Part shown: positions 51,701-58,631 of the stretch, in pieces
Position numbering within the stretch: the stretch's first letter is position 1
How the letters are laid out: each line of letters opens with the position of its first letter
Position numbers and translations under genes: made by a program
Origin: Ignavibacteriota bacterium
GTDB lineage: Bacteria; Bacteroidota; Ignavibacteria; UBA10030; CAVZMI01
Direction: 5' to 3'
DNA length: 64,000 nucleotides
Assembly (NCBI GenBank): GCA_963776275.1
Contig: CAVZMI010000021.1
Coordinates: 267,183-331,182, forward strand
Notes under the pieces: generated by a model
What the model was told of the DNA's origin: nothing
What the model saw: only the letters and a program-made list of their open reading frames with translations
Database searches by the model: none

Positions 51701-51759
51701 ATAATATAAAAAATCCGGCTTCTGTGAACCGGATAAAATATGCTCTGTAATCTTTCCAC
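48721..51759 (-). CDS. Large outer-membrane usher-like protein: N-terminal Ig-like domains, predicted beta-barrel, two SdrD-B/carboxypeptidase-regulatory-like domains, C-terminal SPOR domain
   Basis: Signal peptide; LPAGW...IPLEAAAGQY Ig/NEW3-like; long alternating aromatic beta-strands; TDDDGNFRFPGLPPGTY and SDNQGRWTFTDIRPGRW; YVVQASSW...RYRVYVGS..REEAE. Confidence 0.6.
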   Translation of the reverse strand: MERLQSIFYPVHRSRIFYIMTLVMISVAVPTLCWAQGIIIQPSNTAPIETTPGKVITVSFLILNNTSQSQRLEGEAFLPAGWHALMRRTRVELAPMQRDILLVSFSIPLEAAAGQYPFRYRLKSLTAIYLGVEASVPITILPIRSLELQFTDASRYVIAGDTLITQFTLVNKGNELTRIRLHTKVVGVDSAFVDSTLIRLKPNETRHIKAIAPTSHSISVKTRALLELYASSVTDTTIVAHASAVSDIIPRIDYVSSTIYRYPLLITIHPTGSDEAYRTQFELTSSAPLSDGGKDILSLLIRTPQTIEQSVLGYRDEYRAGYKSEKLDLYAGDQIYTLTQLTEFSRYGFGGGGRIVISPITVGGFYNKTRFYSPALEQYGGFLGARILNNLNISINTLQKKESVKSTIYSFRTLYQPFQSTGVDVEYGLSSNPQGNDHAFAGQFNVQSSFVNMDLRYINAGPLYSGYYRDIRSTAASITFYPWKLFHIEGYLRDERRNINLDTLQYIAPRDRYYEAGLGYSDLVSVRYRVTKREDLLPVSKYSQVDHMYQFSSGYNFSWLNISVNADIGWVEDRLMGKNEPYSRYYANAGFRILDSHNLNFTVEYDKQVNVETDEEQKQQSASLFLLSQLSDKTRFTLNVYGSRAISSSTQTYTIIDFAIEHTFSFGHIISFHGRQSTVSPAVDGRTRAFIAGYSVPILIPIGRSGSLGEIGGRVVDVEKNKGVGKALLNIGDATALTDDDGNFRFPGLPPGTYYLQVDRMSIGYGRVTTKPLPMEILLSGGGVSEFALGVVRSCSVTGSVILYGLSERMKADSLTPEIIELRGQPDIILQLSNGTEIIRRISDNQGRWTFTDIRPGRWVLTLLEGQLPENHYLEKDSYEIELRPGERKEAIFKIFPRHRAIRIIQEEKVIEEKKGTQKIKPSRPQQISPTQAPSLISYNKKRGGYVVQASSWRSRRRALAGIREAKLLIGKPAFLKRVRVPGIGLRYRVYVGSLKIREEAEAIEKMILSKK

Positions 51760-51768
51760 TTTGTTAGT

Positions 51769-52590
51769 TTAGAACTTCAATGTATGCTGGGCTCCAAAGA
51801 TATCAGCTCCACCGCCGTCGACAACAACCATCGCCTTATATGTACCTGACGGGATTTTGCTGAGATCAATCATTTGCCGCACCGATGTACCGGGATACAT
51901 CCGGTATTTTGTCCCCAAAAATTTCCCGATAGACATTCCTTGTGCATCAAACAATTCGACATACATATCGGGCCGGAATCCGATATCACCGATGTTCTCA
52001 ATATCAACCTGGAGATAACGCTCACCCGGTTTAGGCGAGACAATTTTCGTTTCAAGAAATTTTATATCTTTTACACCCGTCTGCGCAATATGGGTGGCAA
52101 TTTGGATCCCATATCTGATCGTCTGCCGGATCCCCATTTGTGTCTTTCGTGGATCTACCGGAGCCGAAGATTCACCCGAGCCTTTCGGGATCGCTTCGAC
52201 CATTATCATGCTCCAGTATGTTCCGATTAGTTTTTTCGTCTCACTGTTTTGAGGAACCATGAGGGTATAACTGACCGACATTGTTCTCTGCGGTGGTACT
52301 GTCACATACGATGGACTGAATGTGATCCATTTTGCATTCGAGCGGGCTTGCAAGCCGGGTTCACCATAATTATTGGTTCCATCATACCGGAAGGTGTAAT
52401 CGGTCTGATAAATTTTTGCTTCCTGCGGTTCATTACTGTCATTCTTGATAAGTATTGAACCTTCATATTTCGCACCCGGTTGGGCTTCACGGTCATGACT
52501 GAGATCGCCGATGATGGAAATTTGTGCGACGCAGATTTGAATTACAAGGATGTAAAGCAATAAAAATACGAAAATGATTCGTTTTCTCAT
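51769..52590 (-). CDS. Periplasmic PapD/DUF916-like two-domain Ig chaperone
   Basis: Signal peptide; IKNDSNEP, SNAKWITFSPSYVTVPPQ, GTYWSMIMVE, RYGIQI, IENIGD, YPGTSVR, PSGTYKAMVVVD. Confidence 0.65.
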   Translation of the reverse strand: MRKRIIFVFLLLYILVIQICVAQISIIGDLSHDREAQPGAKYEGSILIKNDSNEPQEAKIYQTDYTFRYDGTNNYGEPGLQARSNAKWITFSPSYVTVPPQRTMSVSYTLMVPQNSETKKLIGTYWSMIMVEAIPKGSGESSAPVDPRKTQMGIRQTIRYGIQIATHIAQTGVKDIKFLETKIVSPKPGERYLQVDIENIGDIGFRPDMYVELFDAQGMSIGKFLGTKYRMYPGTSVRQMIDLSKIPSGTYKAMVVVDGGGADIFGAQHTLKF

Positions 52591-52601
52591 ACGACATCCT
52601 T

Positions 52602-53063
52602 CTAAGGTGTTAGTGTATATGTAATCCGGTGACGATCATTCCCAAGCTCGATGCTATTTCCCTTGCTGTATAAAGTCGAGGCAGTGTAATTGATCGTTGC
52701 TGTAGCGTTCGTACCACTCCTTGTTATACCTGTGATAAAATCATGAGCGTTTGTATCGGTAAAAGTGACTGTGCCTGCCGCAACGCCTCTAGTGACATTC
52801 GACGCATATACTGATAGAGTAAAATGGGGATTCACAAGATTCGTTTGTACTGTGATTCTCCATAAATTATTATTCACATTTTGCCGATAACGAAGACTGC
52901 AACCAGAATTTGTTGCATTGACCGGTTGTGTTTGTGATGTTCCTGTTATAATAGTTAACGTTGGCGCCGTTCCGAGAATCGTAAGCGTTTGGGCTTCAAG
53001 GGAATAGTGCACAAAAAAAACCAGAACAGCAATACCTATTTTTATATGGAAAAAGTATCTCAT
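52602..53063 (-). CDS. Secreted pilin-like protein (P4)
   Basis: Signal peptide ending AQ; HDFITGI, INYTAS, C-terminal HRITYTLTP shared with paralogs. Confidence 0.65.
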   Translation of the reverse strand: MRYFFHIKIGIAVLVFFVHYSLEAQTLTILGTAPTLTIITGTSQTQPVNATNSGCSLRYRQNVNNNLWRITVQTNLVNPHFTLSVYASNVTRGVAAGTVTFTDTNAHDFITGITRSGTNATATINYTASTLYSKGNSIELGNDRHRITYTLTP

Positions 53064-53071
53064 AAATGCAC

Positions 53072-53575
53072 CTATTGCGTTACGGTAAAGGTGATATGAT
53101 GTATATCTGTTCCAACTCCTGTCGACGCGAGAGCCGTTCCTGTATATCGAAGAGTACAGTAACCCATTGATCTTCCGATATTTAGAATGAAATCCTGTAC
53201 TGTCCTTGAAAGCGTCAATTCAGAGGCTGCAACCGCAGAACCGGGGGATGGATCGACCGACACGACATTTGCCGCATAGATTTTTAATGTGTACAAGGGA
53301 GATCCCAGGTCCGTCGCCACGGTTACTTTTCGGTTACTTGAATTCGTTGCCCAGTATAAATAGCTGTTCTCATTGGTCACAGTCATCGCATCTACTCCGG
53401 CGACTGCCTGAGCATCAGTGATGGAGAGAGTGACCGAGGCGGGATTGATAGTTATATAGGTAAGAGCATTAACATTTACGGTGACATTATGTCTACGGGA
53501 AACTTGAGCTCTCCCCCAGAATCCGAGAAAGATATAGAGAAGAAAAGCGAGAAATATGATCTGATATCGCTTCAT
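53072..53575 (-). CDS. Secreted pilin-like protein (P3)
   Basis: Signal peptide ending AQ; HNVTVNV, LYWATNSSNRKVTV, CTLRYT, GVGTDIHHITFTVTQ. Confidence 0.68.
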   Translation of the reverse strand: MKRYQIIFLAFLLYIFLGFWGRAQVSRRHNVTVNVNALTYITINPASVTLSITDAQAVAGVDAMTVTNENSYLYWATNSSNRKVTVATDLGSPLYTLKIYAANVVSVDPSPGSAVAASELTLSRTVQDFILNIGRSMGYCTLRYTGTALASTGVGTDIHHITFTVTQ

Positions 53576-53630
53576 GAGGTGTATCCTCCGCTTCCAATAT
53601 AGAAGGTTTCAGCTCGAAATTCAACACTTG

Positions 53631-54140
53631 CTAACTATTTGTAATAGTATAGGTCAGGATATACGATTCCGTCCCGACTCCGGCGCCAAGAGTTGTCGAG
53701 GCTGTAACACGAAGGGTACACCGGCCGGTTTTTTTCGACACACCAACAACAAGATCGTGAGGCTGATTGTCGACCAGTACTATCTCGGGTGTCGCTGTCC
53801 CGGCATTATTTGTTATATTCTGAGCTTCCATTTTTAATAGGAAGCGTGACGATTGGCGATCTGATGTTACGGTCAACTTTTTATTGTCACCATTTGTTGC
53901 CCACGATAGAAGACCGTCGGTATTGACAACCGAAATTGTATCTCCTGAATTTGCCTGGGCCTGACTGATCGTCAGCTGTAGCGTCGGGATATTGACACTC
54001 ACCTTATTGATTTCTTCAACACGCAGAGTGATCGTCTGCTGGGTGTTGGCCTGTTGTGCAAGTGTTGAAGAGCCGAAGAGCAAGGTACTCAGGATTAACC
54101 CGATCACCATCCCCACAGCCAATTTCCGTATCCTCTTCAT
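53631..54140 (-). CDS. Secreted pilin-like protein (P2)
   Basis: Signal peptide ending AQ; QTITLRV, LSWATNGDNKKLTV, HDLVVGV, CTLRVT, GVGTESYILTYTITNS. Confidence 0.68.
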   Translation of the reverse strand: MKRIRKLAVGMVIGLILSTLLFGSSTLAQQANTQQTITLRVEEINKVSVNIPTLQLTISQAQANSGDTISVVNTDGLLSWATNGDNKKLTVTSDRQSSRFLLKMEAQNITNNAGTATPEIVLVDNQPHDLVVGVSKKTGRCTLRVTASTTLGAGVGTESYILTYTITNS

Positions 54141-54170
54141 GATTGTTATTCCCCCCTGCAAATACCTTTT

Positions 54171-54213
54171 AAAAAAAATCCGCGACCGATACCGAATATC
54201 TGCCGCGGATTCT
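54171..54213 (-). terminator. Intra-operon terminator/stabilising hairpin after P1
   Basis: Minus strand ATCCGCGGCAGATATTCGGTATCGGTCGCGGAT followed by a T7-8 run. Confidence 0.7.
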
Positions 54214-54227
54214 TCAGCATCCTCACA

Positions 54228-54725
54228 TTAGTTGGTCAATGTGAGTGTTACAGTCCGTGTAGTTGAGGCTATTGTACCAGCGGATGCGTTCGCTTCTAAA
54301 GTATAGGTTATCAATTTTGCTGCATCAGCACCCTTCGCTATTCCTGTCACAAGGTCAACGGGACTACCGGACGTAAGAGTTTGTGAACCCTGACCCGTCC
54401 CACCGCTTGCACCGACAAGAGCTACCTTCAATGCCGTGCCCGCAGGCATGTCACCATTAGCAGTGATCTGTCCGGTGATCTTTAAAGCGCTATTTGAATT
54501 ATGGGTTATACTATATGTGGTTGTTGCATCACTCACCGGGGTCAAAGCATCGGTTCCTGCCGTTCCAGCCGTAATATTGAGAACACCCGGATCCCCCGAA
54601 ACTGCGAGTTTTGTCACAGCGCTTACCACAAAAGTTACTGTCTGATCATCTGCTTGAGCAAACACGCTTTGTGTGAACATCAGGCTTAAAGCCAGCACCA
54701 CGAGAACAACTAAAGACTTCTTCAT
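54228..54725 (-). CDS. Secreted pilin-like protein (P1), probable major subunit
   Basis: GGGGAGG RBS; signal peptide ending AQ; Thr/Ala/Gly-rich beta protein DQTVTFVV...YTLEANASAGTIASTTRTVTLTLTN; first gene after promoter, followed by hairpin. Confidence 0.7.
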   Translation of the reverse strand: MKKSLVVLVVLALSLMFTQSVFAQADDQTVTFVVSAVTKLAVSGDPGVLNITAGTAGTDALTPVSDATTTYSITHNSNSALKITGQITANGDMPAGTALKVALVGASGGTGQGSQTLTSGSPVDLVTGIAKGADAAKLITYTLEANASAGTIASTTRTVTLTLTN

Positions 54726-54797
54726 AACAACCTCCCCAGATTTAAAGTTTTGTAATTTCATTTTGCTACTCCCTCTTCACTCTTTAGTTGATAATTA

Positions 54798-54813
54798 CTC
54801 AACTCCCGTGCCA
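54798..54813 (-). promoter_or_regulatory. sigma54-type promoter for the pilin-like operon
   Basis: TGGCAC-GGGAG-TTGAG on the minus strand. Confidence 0.65.
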
Positions 54814-54884
54814 ATCGAAATTTCCCTTATTTCCATCATTTTTTAATAGTTATGTTTCTAGTACATGATTTATTATGAGAAATA

Positions 54885-54988
54885 TGACTCATTATGATAC
54901 ATGTTGAGAATATCATATATCTTGGCCTTTTCTTAAAGATATATTAACTTATTCTATGAATCAATATTCGTTGTCTCATAATGGTACA
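54885..54988. promoter_or_regulatory. Two candidate enhancer (UAS) sites for the NtrC-family activator
   Basis: TGACTCATTATGATACA (54885-54901) and TGTCTCATAATGGTACA (54972-54988); 14/17 identical imperfect palindromes, each about 71 bp from a sigma54 -24 box. Confidence 0.5.
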
Positions 54989-55058
54989 ATACGTTTATGT
55001 TTAGAAAATTTATCACAAAAAAGTGGTCTGAATATAAGCATTTTCCATTCAAATCACC

Positions 55059-55074
55059 TGGCATAATCGTTGAT
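55059..55074 (+). promoter_or_regulatory. sigma54-type promoter for the histidine kinase
   Basis: TGGCAT-AATCG-TTGAT, about 27 bp upstream of the start. Confidence 0.6.
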
Positions 55075-55100
55075 ATATTTATAGATAGAAAAGGAGTGAT

Positions 55101-55907
55101 GTGATGAGAACGGATGAAAATGAGAAAATAGATAAACAGGCTAAAAGAAGACAATTCGACGAGACTCAGAAGCAGATAATACTGAAAGAGCTTGATCATA
55201 TGAAGGGAAATTTTGTGTCTCGCATGTCGCACGAATTTCGTACGCCTTTGACATCGATCCTTGGATTTGCCGAGCTTATTGTCGACGATCCGGAGATGTC
55301 GGCTCAAACATGCAAGAAATTCGCGCGCATCATTCTTAGCGAAGGAGAGCGTCTCTCTGTGTTGATTAATAATCTTCTCGATCTTTCGTTGATTGAAAAA
55401 GGGGGATTGCCTACAAGGATGACCGAAGAAAATATTGTTCCTATAATTGAAGATGTTATTGTGACTCTGGTACCGCAGGCACGGCCAAAATTATTGACTA
55501 TTACATCGGACTTTCAAAGTCGATCCATCCCGGTATCCATCGATAAAAGCCATTTCCGGGAAATTATTCACCAGCTGCTTTCCAATGCAATCAAGTTCAC
55601 TCCTGCCGGCGGTCATATATGGATCGGAACTGAGATCTGCGACGGGCACATCGAAACATGGATCCGGGATACCGGGATCGGCATCTCTCCGACGGATCTT
55701 CCATATATATTTCAGAAATTCTATAGAGCCCAGCGTTCCGGGGAGGAAATGCCCGGAGCAGGATTAGGACTTGCAATTGTCAAACAACTTGTCGAACTTC
55801 AAGGTGGAAGCATCAGCGTACGGAGTAAAGAGAGTGTCGGATCGACATTTATCCTTCGCTTCCCGAGAACAGAGACAATCCTGGCTCGCTCTATGGGATC
55901 TTTCTGA
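55101..55907 (+). CDS. Cytoplasmic histidine kinase (HisKA + HATPase) lacking a sensor domain
   Basis: SHEFRTPLTSILG H-box, LLSNAIKFT, RDTGIGI, FQKFYR, GAGLGLAIVK; only ~30 aa precede HisKA. Confidence 0.9.
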   Translation: MMRTDENEKIDKQAKRRQFDETQKQIILKELDHMKGNFVSRMSHEFRTPLTSILGFAELIVDDPEMSAQTCKKFARIILSEGERLSVLINNLLDLSLIEKGGLPTRMTEENIVPIIEDVIVTLVPQARPKLLTITSDFQSRSIPVSIDKSHFREIIHQLLSNAIKFTPAGGHIWIGTEICDGHIETWIRDTGIGISPTDLPYIFQKFYRAQRSGEEMPGAGLGLAIVKQLVELQGGSISVRSKESVGSTFILRFPRTETILARSMGSF

Positions 55908-55964
55908 CCCTATCGTTCGTTATTCGATGCGGTGAAGAGGGGTAAGTTGCTATTCTTTTTCCTT

Positions 55965-56014
55965 CTTGTCCTGAGCGAGTACTTCCAGAGAATCAGGAAG
56001 TGCGAGTCGAAGGA
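55965..56014. repeat. REP-like palindromic element
   Basis: CTTGTCCTGAGCGAGTACTTCC...GGAAGTGCGAGTCGAAGGA; same CCTGAG...GTCGAAGGA family as at 37280. Confidence 0.55.
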
Positions 56015-56074
56015 TTTCTCTATGCGTGCTCTGATTGATGTTTGGTGTAATCTTTCACCTTTAGTGGACGCAAT

Positions 56075-57454
56075 GTGGCAGAAAAACTCATCTACATCGT
56101 TGAAGACGAACCATCGATTGCCACAATTTTAGAATTCACAGCGACACGGAAATGGGGCTGCCAGGCCCGAGTATTCCCGAATGGCGAATCATGTCTTCAA
56201 CACCTCGATCCCGCTCCCGATCTCATACTCCTCGATGTTATGATGCCCGGAATCGGCGGCGTCGAGACACTGAAAGAAATCAAGCGGCGACACCCTGATA
56301 TGCCCGTGATTATTCTCTCTGCGCAGGGACGTATCGAGGTTGCTCTTGAAACGATTAAGCTCGGCGCGGTAGATTATTTCACCAAACCGGTCGATTTTGC
56401 CAAACTTGAGATTTCAGTTCGTAATATCTTCCAGCTTGCCGATCTAACGCTCGAAGTCCAGCAACTCCGAGAAAGTATCGAAAAACGCGTACATTTTGAC
56501 AATATTATCTCCGGAAGCGGGGAAATGCAGGAGATTTTCACCTTGATAAACAAGGTGAAAGACAGCGACATGTGTGTACTCGTTCTGGGCGAAAGCGGCA
56601 CGGGAAAAGAATTGATAGCACGCGCAATTCACTATAACGGAAACCGCAAGAGCGGTCCTTTTGTCGTAGTAAATTGTGCATCGATTCCCAGAGATTTACT
56701 CGAGAGCGAATTCTTCGGCCATGAGAAGGGCTCGTTCACGGGTGCATTTCAACGGCGCATTGGAAAATTCGAGCAGGCCAATGGAGGCACGGTTTTTCTT
56801 GATGAAATTGGTGATCTTGATATCGCGCTCCAGGCCAAAATACTCCGGGTTATTCAATCGAAACAATTTGAGCGCGTTGGCGGGAACGAAACGCTGACAA
56901 CTGATACACGATTGATATCGGCAACAAATCGGGATCTCGGTGAAATGGTACGGCAAAAACTTTTTCGTGAAGATCTATATTTCCGTCTTGCTATGTTTCC
57001 AATTCTTATCCCGCCGTTAAGGCAACGGCGCTCAGATATTTTGCTGCTGGCAGAACATTTTCTAAAGAGATTCATGGAGGATCATCATAAAACTGGCCTC
57101 CGCTTTTCACGGAAAGCACTGAAAATTCTCTATGAATATCCATGGCCGGGAAATGTCCGTGAACTCGAACATGCGATCCAGCGCTCCGTTGTCATGGTCG
57201 ATAGCGATACGATAACAGAACGCGAACTGCCGATGTCGATTCAGACGTTTGCTGCACAACCGACATCGACTCAGGCGGCATCCCTTCTTTTCACAGAAGG
57301 AAATGCAATTGTGCCGCTCGAAAAGGTAAAAGAGGCAACCATACGTCATGCGCTGAGAATAACCAACGGCAATATTGTGGAAGCAGCGGTAAAACTGAAA
57401 ATCGGAAGGGCAACGCTCTACAGGTTGATGAAAAAATATAAGATTGCAGATTAG
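56075..57454 (+). CDS. sigma54-dependent response regulator (REC-AAA+-Fis HTH)
   Basis: LLDVMMPG receiver, GESGTGKE, ESEFFGHEKGSFTGA, FLDEIG, FREDLYFRL, WPGNVREL, LKIGRATLYR. Confidence 0.95.
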   Translation: MAEKLIYIVEDEPSIATILEFTATRKWGCQARVFPNGESCLQHLDPAPDLILLDVMMPGIGGVETLKEIKRRHPDMPVIILSAQGRIEVALETIKLGAVDYFTKPVDFAKLEISVRNIFQLADLTLEVQQLRESIEKRVHFDNIISGSGEMQEIFTLINKVKDSDMCVLVLGESGTGKELIARAIHYNGNRKSGPFVVVNCASIPRDLLESEFFGHEKGSFTGAFQRRIGKFEQANGGTVFLDEIGDLDIALQAKILRVIQSKQFERVGGNETLTTDTRLISATNRDLGEMVRQKLFREDLYFRLAMFPILIPPLRQRRSDILLLAEHFLKRFMEDHHKTGLRFSRKALKILYEYPWPGNVRELEHAIQRSVVMVDSDTITERELPMSIQTFAAQPTSTQAASLLFTEGNAIVPLEKVKEATIRHALRITNGNIVEAAVKLKIGRATLYRLMKKYKIAD

Positions 57455-57480
57455 AGAATTCTAACACCGTGTACGACATG

Positions 57481-57509
57481 ACAAGGCGATTCATTGAGAA
57501 TCGCCTTGT
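57481..57509. terminator. Bidirectional terminator between convergent genes
   Basis: ACAAGGCGATTC-ATTGA-GAATCGCCTTGT perfect 12-bp stem. Confidence 0.75.
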
Positions 57510-57528
57510 GTGCTTTTGTTCAAAGACG

Positions 57529-58401
57529 TTATTTCAGCAAACTCATTTTTCCGATACTAACGTTCGTCCCCGCCGTTAATTTGTAATAATAAATCCCGCT
57601 TGGGAATCCATTCCCATTGAAAGTCACAGAATGAGACCCCGGCTCCAACTCGCCATTCACGAGTACTGCAACTTCCTGTCCGAGCGTGTTATACACAACC
57701 AATTTGGCCATACTGTGGGATGGAAGTATAAACTCCACGGTTGTGGACGGATTGAATGGATTCGGGTAATTTTGTTCGAGATGGAAAATGATCGGCTGTG
57801 AAGTCGTGCTTTGTGCTATACCGGTTGTTCCTGAGAAAACCAGATCATCCAGAAGAAAATATGAACCGACATGCGGTGTCGCGTCTAATCCGGTACCTGG
57901 CCCAACTATCTGAATTTGAATAATACAGGTGTCTGGAGTTTCACCGTTGAAGTATGTGAACGGAGTAGAAAATTGTGTCCATGACGATACGTTCGTTGAA
58001 AGTGCTGCGGCGGCAAGTGCGACACTAGTTCCCTCTATTCCTCCCTTAAAAAGGGCCACATTAATAGCGAACCGATCACCGCCTGTGGGAAAGAACTGAT
58101 AGTAACCGGTAAAAGCGGCAGGTCGCTGAGTATAAGCATATCCTCTAGCGTCCGGGCCTATCTGAAGCACCGGTTGGAGCACGGTTGTGAACAAAGAAAT
58201 TACCTCTCCACGTGCTGAGTGACTCCCAGAATGTGCGGTGTTCGATGCAGTAACAGTAATTAATTCCCCGGCATTACTGGTAGCCCAGCCGTCGGGATTA
58301 TTACCTGCCCAATTTTCAAATCCCGAGTTTGGAATTTGTGCAAGGGCGATCGAGACACAAAGAAACAGGAGAGCGGAACAGCGAAGTAACAGATTAATCA
58401 T
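57529..58401 (-). CDS. T9SS-secreted protein with carbohydrate-binding-like (PCMD-like) domain
   Basis: AQIPNSGFENW..PDGWAT, RPAAFTGYYQF, WTQFSTPFTY, LLDDL; LEQNYPNPFNP CTD. Confidence 0.75.
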   Translation of the reverse strand: MINLLLRCSALLFLCVSIALAQIPNSGFENWAGNNPDGWATSNAGELITVTASNTAHSGSHSARGEVISLFTTVLQPVLQIGPDARGYAYTQRPAAFTGYYQFFPTGGDRFAINVALFKGGIEGTSVALAAAALSTNVSSWTQFSTPFTYFNGETPDTCIIQIQIVGPGTGLDATPHVGSYFLLDDLVFSGTTGIAQSTTSQPIIFHLEQNYPNPFNPSTTVEFILPSHSMAKLVVYNTLGQEVAVLVNGELEPGSHSVTFNGNGFPSGIYYYKLTAGTNVSIGKMSLLK

Positions 58402-58631
58402 GATTAGATCTCCCGGAATGTTATGAAAGAAAATAGAGTGAATAACGCGATCTGCGATAATTAATCACCCATCAGGTTGTCTACTAAAATCTTTCTACTT
58501 GATAGTTGATATATATCAAATTAAAATATCGATCACATTTATTGTAACAACTGTAACTCTATTATGGTTCAATAGTATTTCTGATAAATTTTTCTTATAT
58601 TACGTGTCAATTCTTTTTATTATGGAGTTAT

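Noticed and set aside
52602-54725. Type IV pilins or type V (lipoprotein) pilins
   Set aside because: No G|FxxxE prepilin motif and no lipobox Cys; all have SPI-type signals ending AQ
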